This document shows, piece after piece, positions 10,989 to 26,479 of a stretch of DNA of 64,000 nt (positions are counted from its first letter, which is position 1; each line of letters starts with the position of its first letter). The position numbers and the translations under genes were made by a program. The DNA is taken from positions 868,001 to 932,000 of the forward strand of contig OZ218956.1 of assembly GCA_965112735.1 (NCBI GenBank). The letters are read 5' to 3'. The notes below the pieces were generated by a model. The model saw nothing but the letters and a program-made list of their open reading frames with translations, was not told where the DNA came from and ran no database searches. The stretch is from Phaeosaccion multiseriatum (lineage: Eukaryota; Protista; Ochrophyta, other classes).

Positions 10989-11567
10989 TCATCCGGTTGG
11001 GGGGGCTTCCTTTGTGCTCTTCTGCCGCTTCTCCTCCTGCTGGTGCTTCTCCTTAGCCTGCAACTCTAACAACTCGTCCAGAGACTCCCTAGCGCGAACC
11101 ACCTTGGACTGTAGATAAAACGAGCCGCCCTTGTCCGGATCGTTGGCTTTAAAGAACTTGCTGTATTGCTGCGGAATAGGGGAGTAAAATGGGGGCCGAA
11201 GTTGAGATGATCCAAGTCTCTAGGCCCATGAACCAAACCATCCCTACCTGTGAGATGATGTCAGTCTTCATGTCGGTCTTGCCAATATTGAGAATCTGGA
11301 GAGCCTCCTGGGTGCTCATCTTACTAGTCCTCTTCAGAGATTGCGCGCTTTGCTGCGCTCCCGTCCTGGCATCTGAGAGTTAAACATTTACACAACCACG
11401 TGGTAGCACGTAGCGTTTAGAGGTTGCGTTTTCCCCTCCCTTCCCCCCCTTCTCTTTTGTACTCAACTATGCACAGCTTGTTGGTAGGCACTCACAAAGG
11501 CCCGCGAGAAAATGCTAGCCCCAGCAACAGCAATCTGTGCAAGGACTCTTGCGAAAGGAGAGGCCAT
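10989..11567 (-). CDS. PAM16: Mitochondrial import motor subunit Pam16/Tim16 (3 exons)
   Basis: [31 protein letters not shown] / [13 protein letters not shown] / [29 protein letters not shown]; [10 protein letters not shown] is the Pam16 J-like signature. Confidence 0.95.
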
Positions 11568-11747
11568 GTTGCCCTGGGTGGTGACTGGTGGTGGGGGGAG
11601 GGGAAAGAATTTTTCCTTCTCGCGCTGCGCCTGTTGATCCTCCAAAATGGATCCCAAATGGCATTTACCTTTTGTCTCTTGACGAGGGAGGCTTTACTTT
11701 TAGACAACCATAGATGGCACTTAATTTTTTTTAATACAGTGCGAACC

Positions 11748-14700
11748 ATGCGTCTTGCGCCGCGTGAAGTCGACAAGTTGCAGATTGCAGTTGCCGGCCA
11801 TGTGGCTCAGAAAAGGCTCGCTCGAGGGCTGCGGCTCAACCATCCGGAAGCTTGTGCACTGGTGCGATCTAAGTAAAAAGCTTTCCTCAAAGGAAAGCTT
11901 TCTTTTCTCTCCCCGTCCTTCCCAATCATCTGGAAGCTTGAGCACTGGTGCAATCTAACCTGTCTTTCCTCTCCCTTTCCTTTCCCTCGCTTCTCCTGGA
12001 CAGGTGACGCTCCAGTGCTTGGAAAAGATCAGGGAGGGAAAGTCGTCAGTGGCCCAGATCCAGGACTTCGGAAGGAATCTCTTGGGGCATCGCCAGGTAC
12101 TTCCGGGCGTGGCCGATCTGCTGGTTGAGGTCCAAGTGGAGGGCACGTTTGTGGATGGCACCAAGCTGGTGACTGTACATGCTCCAATCGCGCGAGACCA
12201 TGGGGACTTGGCGCTTGCCTTGGAAGGGTCCTTCCTGCCAGTGCCACCAGCGGACATGTGGCCAGGTGGGCCTGAGCCTTCTACCGGCGAGCCACCGGGA
12301 GCCATTGTACCAGGCACAGGTGTTGTAACGTTGAACGAAGGACGGCCGATTGTTCTGCTCCAAGTCAGCAATACGGCGGACCGGCCCATCCAAGTGGGCA
12401 GTCATTACCACTTTTCTGAAACGAATGGAGCTTTGGCGTTCGACCGGCGGATTGCTGCCGGACATCGCCTCAACGTCCCTGCAGGTGCTTCGTGGCCTTC
12501 TCTCTCTCTCTCTCTCAGACACACCAGCCCAGACCCTGAGCCCTTTCTCGGCCACTCTTTCCACCTCTTCTCTGTCTCTGGTATCCCGGTCTTTTTCTCC
12601 CTTTTCCTCTCCTTTATTTCTCCCTCTCCCCTCTGCAGGTACTGCGGTACGATTTGAGCCGGGAGAGACCAAAACAGTGCCTCTCGTTCCCATTGCGGGT
12701 AACCGGGCTGTACATGGTGGGAATGCCTTGATGGATAGCGAAGTGACGGAGGCAAGCATAGCAGCGATGCTTACCCGGTGCCAGGAGCGAGGATTTAAGC
12801 ACGTGCCTGTCTCTGGCACTGTTGAGAGCGGCACTCCTCTCACAATGGACAAGGAACACTACTGCGCCCATTATGGCCCAACCGTAGGTGAGAACGACAT
12901 GGTAGCCCTCGGGGGCAGAGAGGCCAATTTTCACGCATACGACGACTGAACCGATACCACAGGAGATCGCGTTCGACTTGGGGATACTAGTCTCTACCTT
13001 CAGGTGGAGAAAGACTACACTACGTATGGTGACGAGTGCAAATTTGGTGGAGGGAAAGTATTACGAGAAGGGATGGGTCAGTTCTCAGGAGGCAAGGGGC
13101 TTACGGCGTTGGACGTGGTCATCACGAATGCTCTCATTGTGGATTACTCTGGCATTATCAAAGCAGACATTGGTATTAAGGACGGAATGATTGTGGGAAT
13201 CGGCAAGGCAGGCAACCCCGACATCATGGACGGGGTGGAGGAGACCATGATTGTGGGAGTCAACACGGAGGCCATCGCAGGGGAGGGAAAGATCGTCACG
13301 GCAGGAGCACTGGATGTCCACGTGCACTACATATGCCCCCAAATTGCGGATGAAGCCATCGCTTCAGGAATCACGACGTTACTGGGTGGGGGGACGGGCC
13401 CTGCTTCGGGAAGCTGCGCCACCACATGCACGCCCGCCCCTGCACAAATGAAGCAAATGCTCCAGGCGACAGACTCCCTTCCCCTCAACTTCGCCTTCAC
13501 AGGGAAAGGCAACACCTCCAAGCCAGATGGCCTCCGAGAAATTGTTGCGGCAGGCGCCGTGGGCCTGAAGCTGCACGAGGATTGGGGTGAGAAGCCACAA
13601 TGTCTTGAGTTCCATACACTCGTGCCTAACTAACCAGTACCTACCCCCGACTCTCGCAGGAACCACTCCGGCGTCAATCAGATGCTGCTTGGACATTGCT
13701 GAGGCTGAGGATATTGCTGTCACTATCCACACAGACACTCTGAACGAGAGCAGCTGTGTGGAGGACACCATCGCTGCTTTCGAGGGCAGGACAGTGCACA
13801 CGTACCACTCGGAAGGGGCCGGTGGAGGACACGCCCCAGACATTATCAAAGTGTGCGGTGTCGAGAACGTGCTGCCGTCCAGCACGAACCCAACGCGCCC
13901 TTACACGGTAAGGATAGCAACTTCTCAGCTGACACTTCGGGCTACCACCCACCCCTTATCCTGCACCCTAACCCTGACCTTTGGAAGGTTAACACGATCG
14001 ACGAGCACCTGGACATGCTGATGGTGTGCCACCACCTTTCCCGCAGCATACCGGAGGTGGGTGTGGGGTGAGAGAGACACCGCCAAGCACACCGTCATTA
14101 ATCGCGCTATGCTCACGGTCTGTCACAGGATGTTGCATTTGCAGAATCACGCATCAGGGCGGAGACTATTGCTGCAGAAGATGTGCTCCATGACCTTGGA
14201 GCCATCAGGTGTGTGTGTGTGTGTGTGTGCGTGTGCGTGTGTGTGTGCGTGTGCGTGTGTGTGTATGTGTGTGTGTGCACGCGCGGCTCGTCTTTTACGT
14301 CATGGCCGTGCACCCATCCACCGTCCGTCGCTTTGTTGCCTCTCACAGTATCATCAGCAGTGACAGCCAGGCGATGGGGCGGGTGGGTGAGGTTATTACG
14401 CGAACGTGGCAGACAGCCCACAAGATGAAGGAGCAGCGAGGTGCTCTTCCAGGGGAGGAGTACCCTGACAGTGACAACCTTCGGATCAAGCGTTACATCG
14501 CCAAGTACACCATCAATCCTGCCATTGCTCACGGTCTGTCACATCTTGTGGGGTCGGTTCAAGTCGGAAAATTGGCTGACCTTGTCCTGTGGAAGCCTGC
14601 TTTCTTTGGCGCCAAGCCCGAGCAAATCATTAAAGGTGGCACCATTGCTTGGGCTCAGATGGGGGATGCAAATGCATCCATCCCGACGCCCGAGCCTGTG

Positions 14701-14991
14701 ATTATGCGACCCATGTTCGGGGCGTCGCCTTCTGGTGTGGGGGTGACGTCTGTGGCCTTTGTTTCCAAGGCAGCAGCATACGGCGATGTTGGCCGCTTGT
14801 ATGGTTTGAAGAAGCGTGTGGAGCCCGTCTTTAATTGCCGGGGCTTAAGTAAGAGTGACATGCGTCTCAACAATGCCCTGCCGGACATCCAGGTGGACCC
14901 AGAGACGTATCGGGTCACAGCTGACGGGACTACGCTGACGTGCGAGGCGGCGGCGACCCTGCCCCTGACTCAGAAGTACTTTTTGTTTTGA
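11748..14991 (+). CDS. Urease, eukaryotic single-chain gamma-beta-alpha fusion, multi-exon
   Basis: Gamma: [11 protein letters not shown]...[14 protein letters not shown]. Beta: [12 protein letters not shown]. Alpha Ni-site motifs: [54 protein letters not shown]. Ends [10 protein letters not shown]. Confidence 0.99.
14209..14280. repeat. (GT)n microsatellite at the 5' end of a urease intron
   Basis: Direct reading; begins at the splice donor. Confidence 0.95.
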
Positions 14992-15184
14992 TAACACACG
15001 TTTTGCAAAGGCTCGTGCTCAATGAAGGGATTGAATTGTACTCAAACCAGCCAGATAGTGGAAGAGGTACCTCCTCTCTCGTTTCATGGTGCATGGGGTG
15101 GCCTACTTTCATGCCAAGAAGGGGTTCCCCAGAGACTCATCAATGAATGGGACTCCCTGGTCATCGACCAATTGGGCAGAAATA

Positions 15185-18100
15185 TCAGCCGCGCTCTCCA
15201 GCTGAGCATTGTCCCTCTCCTTGTCCCTCTCCTCTGCTAGAGCTCTCTCTACTGACTCCAAAGCGGAGGAATCCAGCTCATAGCCCACCTGTCGTGGATG
15301 AGCTCATGTGAGAAAGGATATTCCCACCCTGCCCACCTCCCCACCCTCCTTACCTTCGCCGCGGCCTTGGCAATTGCTTTACTTTGCTTGAGGAACGAAT
15401 CCCGATCGGCTGGCAGGTGCGGATAGGCCAATGGTGCGCACAATGCCTGTACGGGTTTGTGAACAATGATATATATCAGCAGCTCTTCGAATTGACGTGG
15501 TGAGCCCTTCCAAATGGGCGCGTACCTTTTCGATTCGAGAAGTCCATACCGCATTGTGCCCTGGGCCCACGGGGTTCTTCTTACGGCGCCCATCCTCGAC
15601 CACCTGGTAGAGCACACACAGCACGTGTCAACAAAAGTCGGTCCGCCTCCCTCGGTTACCAGCAACTCACCTTTGAGACTGTACTCAGCCGGTTATTCCA
15701 CGTCAGCAGCGATGCGTTGAGTCTTTCGGGGGCGCACAGAGTGAGCCTTCTTTGGCGAGGCCCTCCGTCACACCGCACCGCCATAACGTCCGGGTCTGTC
15801 GAGCCGGGCGTGTACATGCCGACAAATCTCGTGATGGCCTATTTTGATTCATGAGGCAGTCAAGGTCAAGATGGGAGGCAGCCCAACACACTCGTAATAG
15901 ACAATAGAGGCTTGCGCTTGGAACTCACCATTGCCCCTTTCCGAGTGTCAAGTCTCTCGCTGTCCGTTAGCTTGTTCAGCTTTTTCGCGGACAGCTGCAA
16001 GTACCGAGTGAGCCCTGTTCATCACGGCAAAGAACGAGTAATGCTCTTCAACCAACTGAAGTTCGAGTTCGGTCTCTACATGTCATCAGGGGCTGTACAT
16101 TACCGTGTGCCTTTGGGCCATGAACGGAACCCCAAGTCTGGACTGACAGCGGATAGCTAGCGCGGGTGGTTTGGTTTCATGAACAACATAAGAGCCTCCC
16201 CGCCCCCCTTCTACACACTGACCTAGCGAGTTGTCCACTCCCCTCCAGTAGTAGTTCAGCTGCGCTCTCCACTTCTCGTCGTACTTGGACTCGTTCTTGC
16301 GAATACCCGTGGATCTGTCGAGACTACAGTACCTCCTACTGCGCAAGAGAGCCGCTTGTTGTGCTCGCAGTCGAGTTGTCCGCTTGTACAGATTTTCGGG
16401 AGCTGCCACCTCCTGCCATGCGCAAGGTGGGCGTCAGTCGGGGAGTCGGGGTCAGTCTGGGTCCACGGCGGGCGGCGACGAACAAAATGACACAACGGAC
16501 ACTCACTGCGGAAAATCGCTCCCTGCAGGCTTGGCTGGATACCATCAACGTGGCCACATCGCAGTCTGGTATGCCGCCCACTCCCCTTCCCCCTGCGAAT
16601 GCAAGGCCAAGAGAGCAAAGCGACAACAAATCAGTTCCCGCTGATGTGCACTGGTCCCCATGCCATTCAGTCGCATGCATACCCACCTCTGGGCAGATTA
16701 CGCGTCCTTCTAACGATGGCTTGGTCGTCAAGCCTCAACCTTGGGGGCAGACACCGCTGGTACTGACGCATCGCTCGGGTGCTCCACAAAGTCATCTCGC
16801 GCGCTTTGATCAGCCTTGTTGGAGCGCAGGGCAAGGGAGGAGGGAAGGGGTGTCGCGTCGGTCACTGCAGGGACAACAACTGCGTTTGAGGCTTCCCCCA
16901 CTACTTTCCCCGTGTTGAACATACCCGGACAGAACTGGCCTCCCAACGACATCGGCAGGGTGCGGGACAGTGATTCCATTCATGGTGGAAATCTCCCGAA
17001 GGATCATCGTTTGCTCTTGCATCCAGCTTACTACGGGCTGCAGCTTCAAGTAGTAGCTGTAGAAGCGACTCTCTTCGTCGGCCCCAGCCATAAGCTGCTT
17101 CTCATAGAGGCGCTCTCTCTCGCCGATGTGGCGGCGGATGGACTTTTCTAACGTGCCCAGAGTGTCTGTATACCACGTCTCATTCACCAGCTCCTGAAAT
17201 ACGCAGGCAGCAGAGCGCCTACGTTTGTCACATGACCTTCCCTTAGTTAACAGTTTGGCAGAGTCTACAGGCAGGCAAGCAAGGGGGGAGGCTTACCTTA
17301 GGTTGCTAACGCGTCTCCTGGCGAGCCACCCTCTTGCAATCCTCTGCCCATTCGTTATGGCGATAGTCTCTCTGGTCGCCTGAAGCCTACCCACCTCTAA
17401 CCCCAAGTCTTTCTCAGCAACTTCATCGTCCTCCACGGATGGCAGCAGCCGACACCCTGTTACAGGTTTACAGTTGATGCTGTCCTGCTCATGAGCGTCA
17501 CCGGCCATAGTGGTGGGCTGCATCCCGCACTGGCAGAGAACACGGAGCCTCCTGGGAAAGGATGGGAGAGGAAGAGGAAGAGAATGGGCGCTTGTTTAGG
17601 CAGAACAAGGAAGCGGGCCTTCGGAACCAACAAGTAGCATCCCACCTCTTGCATGGCCGCAAAGGGTGCCCTCTGTGGCAAGTCCTTGCGCAACTCCTGC
17701 AGATACAGTCCATCCCACAGAGGGTGCAGGACAGCATCGGTTCATCCCACACGCCAGCTCCCCGGTAGCGCGGCCTACGAGGACACCTCCACTTGGCCAG
17801 CAACGTGCTCTCCCACGGGGCCAGTCCGATGTGTTGGCTGGTTACCGAGGCAGACCGCTCCGTGACGTCAGCATCGACACGACACGACAACGCCAGAGCT
17901 GCAGAGTGCCTCTCCCCTCCGGCGAGGTTGACAAAGATGTGGCGGCGATCTCCTGGGAACTGGACTTCGAAGGGGGCTACTCGGATCTTCTCCGAGGCCC
18001 CCAGGCCCAACTCACCACTCCACCCCTTTCCCCAAGACCAGAGGCTGCCATCCAGCGTACAGGCCAGGGAGTGGCATTTGCCTGTGAGCGTTCGTTCCAG

Positions 18101-20653
18101 AGGGGAGGTGGCGCGCGCTATATGAGTGGAGGCGAGGAAGATGCATGGTGGCACGTCTACACGAGGATAAGAAAAAGATAGCCGCTTCTCACAGGAGTCG
18201 GACACCGAAGCTAAGAAAGACAGCACTTCAATTTCCCTGCCTCAGCGAATGACCTGCTGCAATGTGCGTGACTAGCTTCCACTTGGGAAAAGGCACCACG
18301 AGGGGATGTAGTGCTTCATCGACAAAGTGGTCCACTCCAAGCTGCCCGTGGCTGCCAAAACCCCACGCCAGTACGACGGAGATCTGTGTCAGGAAAGAGA
18401 CGTGCCGATAATGGTGACGGGTGAGGGAGTACCCATTACGACGCGCGCGCCCGCAACAGAACCTCCCTCCTCACCTTGCCATGCGGATTACCCATATGGA
18501 TAGGGACCGTCTTGTGGGCTAAGAGCAAGCTGTGGGCCCCTCCTAGAGCCACCTCCTTGACCACGTACTTGCCATGTCGGAAAGCGGGTGGCCACTGCTT
18601 GATGCGTACCGGGCAGTAGCGGTTATGGACGTCGCCGGTTCCCAATCTGAGCAACAAGTGGGGAAATCTGAGATTGGCCCATGATCATTGCTTGACCGAA
18701 AGCGCACAGGTTACACACCTTCCGTGCGCTCCTCTCCCCCACATCCACACTTTCTGCGGCTGCGCTACGGCCATGGAGTGAGCTCGGCCCGCTGCAGCCC
18801 GCGAGACGACCTCACCGGCCAGCGCCTCCACTAAGCAGGCCTGCCAGCGGTCACGGTAGTCTCCATGGCCGAGTCGACCGTCGCCCCCCTGTCCCCTGCT
18901 CGATGCAAAACCGGCGACCACATGTCTTGAGAGAGAGAGCGAAAGAAATTATGCAAGCAAGAGGGGCTTGGGGTCTCGTGACGCACCAGGTAAAAACTTG
19001 ACCTTTCAGCGAGACAGCCAAAACGTGGGCGTCTCCCGCTGAGACGGAAGCAATCGGCTGGTTTAGGAGACCCTTGACGACTCTTGGCGTGGGAGACTGC
19101 GTCACGAACTCCCCAAGGCCCAGCTCCCCCCGCCGACCCCAGCCCCAAGCCAGAACATGGCCCTGCCCGCGACCAAGAAACGGAAGAGAACCGGGAACCC
19201 TCCACGAATGAGACACGACGCGCATCGATGCATCGGGTGCAGTGGATTCGGGACGTCACCTCATGTCTCCTATGCATGGTATGCTCGTCAGCGGTCAAGT
19301 GGCATTCCAATTCGAGCAAATTCTTGTTTCCGGGCATTGTCTCGAGCAGCAGTTGAACTCCCTGGATTGAATGATTGATGCAAAACGGTTCAGAATGTTC
19401 GGTGCAGATAATCATCGTCGCACGGCGAGGGACGGACACATACCCGCTTAATCCATAAGAAGCCCTCTGTGGCTTTGGCTGCGTCTTGTCCGTTCGCTTC
19501 CCTCCCAAAGGAGACAGTGTCCGCAGCCGACACTTGCACCATCTTGTAGTCCCTGCCTACCTTCACATCTCCAGAGGGCAGCACCTACTCGAGAAGGTGT
19601 CGGGGCGCTCATTCACAGGGAAGCGCAGAGAAAATGTGTGTCTCTGCACGAACCTGTTTGGGCAACCGCTGCAGCGCTGCTCCTTCTCCGATGCCTTTCC
19701 ATACGCAGTGGGTGAGGCCGCTCACTAAGCCGAGCTGCCAGTGCCGATTCTCGCCGACACTGTTTCGACGACAGCATATGACAAGCGGGTGTGTATTTCT
19801 TCACATGGGCCCGTCGGGGGCCGGGAATACGCCTCATCTCAACTAGTGGGACCAAGCGTACTTACCTAAACATGAGCCCGTTCGCAGCGACATACAGTGT
19901 GTGCCTTTTCCCGGCGACCACTCCCACGAGGTTGCTGGCCTCCTTCTCCTCTTCACAACTTCCGTCAGCCCCTGGAGTGGAGGCACGCACAGCGACCTTG
20001 AGCCTTTCGAAAGCGACCTGCCTCGCTGGACTGTACTCTGCGTAGTCGTAGCCCGTGCCCAAGCGATACTCCCCCCCCCTAAAAAAGTCAAGCAGAACAA
20101 CAGCAACAGCAGCAACAGCAGCAGCAGCAAAAGTAACAAACTCAGCTCGGCAAGCACCGGCAAGAGGGTCGGCCTGTCTATCAACCACGCACCATCCCCA
20201 ACAGAGCGGATGGGTCATGCCGACAATCTTTTCGCCCTTAGCCCTGGACGCTCCCATCTCGGCTCGTTGCCGGTCTTGCTCCCCCCCCCTTGCAGGTTTC
20301 GCCCCCCCCACCAGCTGCGAATCAAGCACCATCTCGACAGCTCCTTCCTCGGTGACCCTCCAGACCTTGACGGCACGCGGCACGACCTCAGAAGACAGGT
20401 CCCACTTAAGCGCTGCTGCCTTCTCAACCTGCGGCGCGTCCCTCCGTCGCGCTTCGAGATAGGCCACACCACTCTTGTCCTGATGCCTCCCCATGGTCTT
20501 CTGGAAGCTGGTCGCAGAGAGCATCACCTGCCCTGCTCTTCCAGGTCCAGACGGCGCAAGTGCGAGGATTGTGCTGGAGCATTTCTGCCGAGGATTGTGC
20601 TGGTACCGCTGCAGTTGGCGCTGCTGCCCCTGCTGCTTGGGTTTCGTCCCCAT
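15185..20653 (-). CDS. Large multi-exon RCC1-repeat protein with a UBR-box-like Zn finger and an IQ-like motif (could be two genes)
   Basis: RCC1 repeats (VLAWGWGRRGELGLG, SAGDAHVLAV, GDGRLGHGD, ALGGAHSLLL, LWSWGKGWSGELGLG); CTLCGMDCICRSCARTCHRGH; GQRIARGWLARR. The last exons join in frame (YYWRGVDNSLG/LTRYLQ...KGAM/AITRFVG...VSR/WSRMG...AAK/VGYEL...ERG*). Confidence 0.75.
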
Positions 20654-20971
20654 GATAAAGGATGACTCCTTACATCTGAAAGCACACTACTACCGGAATC
20701 AACGGAAAGTGGAGCAGTTGATTCTTCGTTATAATTCACAACTGGTGTCTTCCCTCACAATGGCACCCAAATGATGGCACTTAAAGGGTATAAATAAACC
20801 CCCTATAAACAAACGGATCGACAGAATGGGAAGAAGGGACCACACACAGCTCTATCCACCACACCACCACCACACTAGTGCTACCAGTAGTAGGATACGA
20901 TCGAAGATCGAGAGATCCCTTCGAAGAATCGGGGACAAAGCAGCAGTTTGAAAAGAGGACGGGCAGTTGGA

Positions 20972-23449
<2,478 letters not shown>

Positions 23450-23470
23450 AAGAATGTGTGAGTAAATCAT

Positions 23471-26263
23471 TCATGTTAATGACGTGTTGGAGTGAGTGGC
23501 CTCGTTGCCGTCTTGATAGGGATTCGGTACTTCCTCTTCCTGCGGCTGCTCCTCCTCTTGCTCGCTCACAAGCATTTTATCTACTACTACTGCTCCTGCT
23601 GCTGCTGCTGCTTCTGCTTCTGTAGGTGGTGGTGGTGGCGGCGGAGGTTGAGCGGCCTGGGCTGCCTTTCCGTCTGCTCTGCTGGTGCTGCTACTACTGC
23701 TGCTGCTGCTGCTGCTGCAGTCCGTATCGTACCCCGCCCCCGCCCCCCCATTCGGGACAGAAGTACTGCCTGGGTTGCTTGGGGGCAGAATCTTGGCCGC
23801 TGCCCACGCTTCCACGTTCATGTCGCTGCGGACTGTGGAGAGACTCCACGCCGTCCGAGTGCTTTCATCGCTAACCACAGAAGACGTTTCCATCAACCGT
23901 TCCCGAAGCTCCTCCCCCGTTACCTCCCCCAACGTCGGCAACCGCAGCGTGTCTGGAAGGAAGGAAATGAAGTGTACAATGTCCTTGTTGGGGTCTGCAG
24001 ACAAGACCCGTACCGCGCGCTGCATCTCTGGAAGCTCCACTAGCCACTCGGGACACTTGCCCAGCGTCCTTGACATGGCGATGCGGACGTTGATGACCCG
24101 ATCAAACGCCAGCTCCGCCAAGCTGCTTAAGAACTCTGCCTGAAACAGAGCCCTGTCTATTGTAAATGCCAGCCGTTGGCACATGAATATATACATCTGG
24201 CGCATTTGAAAGGTCGAGGCGTGAGCAAATTCTCTCACCCTTGATATCATAACCGCCAGTCGCTCCCCGCGTTCCTCCTCTTTGCTGCTGCTGTCTGCTC
24301 TGCTGCTGCTGCCCGATGCAGCGCTGCTATTCGTGTTCCCGTCTCCGACCGCGTCGAGAAGAGGAGCAATCGCCTCGAATGTCCTCTCTCGCACTTCCGA
24401 AACGGGATCTGCCAGCAGGAGGAAGGCTACAGGAACAATGTTGGTGAATGTGCTGTCAGGACTGAAGAGAGACAGGAGCCGTGGAAGCTGCAGAGCAAGG
24501 ACCTCTCGAAGACGCCAGTTGAAAGGGGAAATCTGCTCCAGGACCTGCAGGGGGCGCAACAAGAGTTTAACTTAAATTAGAATGCCGGGGGGGGGGCGAC
24601 ACCTGGTCAGGCGGTTCACGAAGCGTACCTCTCCCAGAATGTGTAGATGCTGCTCCCGGCACGGCGCGCTCATCTGCGCATAAATGTCTGCCAGGCTCCG
24701 TATCACGCCCACCCGCACCTCTTCCACATCCCTCAAAAACGCTTCCATTTGCGGCACCAGATCCTCCTCCACTGCCTCCGTGTCCAACACGTTGGCCACC
24801 TCGTGCAGGCTATGACTCAGGGTCTTGCGCACGTTCCAATTGGAGTCATTCGACAATCGTTTAAAAGCTTCTCTGCGGTTCCGGAAGCACGGGAGAAAAG
24901 AGTTGCTTAGGATGCTGCGCAGTGGCGGAGGAGGGAAGGCAATGTGTATGTAGCCTCTGAGGCAGGAGCACGGCTGACTGACCTGAGCTCCGGCCACCGT
25001 TCAGGCCCCAAGGTAAGAACCACGGCCGGAAATGAAAAGGCGCAGTACAGCAGCATGTCGGAGTCCACATGGTTCTGCGTATTCGTAGGAGCAACAGTCG
25101 GCCCTGTGAAGTGGCCCACAAGCTCCACAGAAACGAGGTCCTTGGGCAGAGTACTAATAAAGGGACCGAGGTGCTGCAAGGCCCCATTCCGTACAATCTT
25201 TGAGTTGTCGGATGCGAGCTTCGTCCACATCTCCGTGAGCATGTCGTAGGCACCGTCCCACATCCCCACCGCCTTGCTTACTTCCACCAGTGACTCTGTG
25301 CAGGCTTTCCGTACCTGCGGTTCGTTGAGGCACAAGTATTTGGTCAGCGGAGGCAGCACAGCCAGTGCATGCGTAGCATGCGCTGGAGAGAGCACTCACC
25401 CGATACATGTCGTCCTTCGTGAGGCGCTCAAACGCCGGTAAGAGTCTGTCCATGACACACAGCTTGTCCACCTGACCCACGACCCGACAAGGGTTGTGCA
25501 GATTCAAGGCTGTGGCCTTTCGCACCCTGAACACAGGGTCTTCCGATAACGATACCATTTCCGGTGTCACAAACTGCTTGCAGAGATCGGGACCCAAGCA
25601 CTCCGCCAAGTCGTTGAGCAAGCCCGCTGCCGTCATTCTCAGCTCTTCCTGCTCGTCTTCGTGGGCGAGTTGCAGAACCACTGTGAGCACGTACTGGCCA
25701 AGGTCACTGGGACGCATCAACGAAGCCACGCCCACCAGTGCATCGCCTGCCGCCTGCCTCACTTCACTTTGCACATCTTTGAGCAACCTCGCTACCGTAG
25801 GCAGGATCACCTGTTGGGGAATAAAACTCAGCGTCCGATTGCTTGGGGGGGAGGGGTCCTCCGAGCCGTCGCACCCACCTCTGTCACAGTAGAATACCCC
25901 CGCTCATTCTCGCTCGCCGCACACATCTTGGCAATCCCTTGCAGCTGCTCCGCAAGGTGCTGTCGGACCACGTACTCGGAGTCCAGCACCAGCCCCTCGA
26001 ACAGAGGCACGATAGACGCAACTGTCTCCTCGTACCCCACCACCGAAGCAGTCTCCGCCAGCATCTGGGGGGCAAGGGAAGGTAACGAGGGGCTCAACAG
26101 GCGCGGGTAGCCACTAGTCGCCGGCGGTTCCACACACCTTGACGTGGACGAGCCTCTGGAGTGCGATACCACTGTGGCTGTACTTGACCACCCTCTGCAA
26201 CTGGCTGATGTTATCATCAATGGACAAGTCCTCAAACTTCGCGACTCCGTCCAAGGTGTCCAT
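23471..26263 (-). CDS. PPP4R1: HEAT-repeat PP4 regulatory subunit 1-like protein
   Basis: HEAT repeats (DPVFRVRKA, DSNWNVRKTLSHSLHEVA, NWRLREVLA, DRVINVR) and the PP4R1-like motif YCAFSFPAVVLTLGPERW. Confidence 0.85.
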
Positions 26264-26479
26264 TGTCGCCCTGGCAAAAGCCCGAGCCTTTGCCCAAACT
26301 GCTGCCACCGTTACTTAATGGTCTTTCGACCCATCCCACTCTTTAGTTTTTTTGGCCAAATGGGGAGGTGTGAAAGGTGGTGGTTCATAGACAATTTCAA
26401 TTTCAATTTTTTCACTATACTCCCGATCTCGATCTCCTCCCCCCCCCCCTCCCCTACATTGTACCCTCGTCGGACGACC

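Noticed and set aside
10243-10992. His/Ser/Leu/Thr-rich proteins
   Set aside because: Translations of the (TCAC)n repeat.
11748-14991. Bacterial urease operon or recent horizontal transfer
   Set aside because: Subunits are fused and interrupted by spliceosomal introns, with no adjacent accessory genes; this is the standard eukaryotic form.
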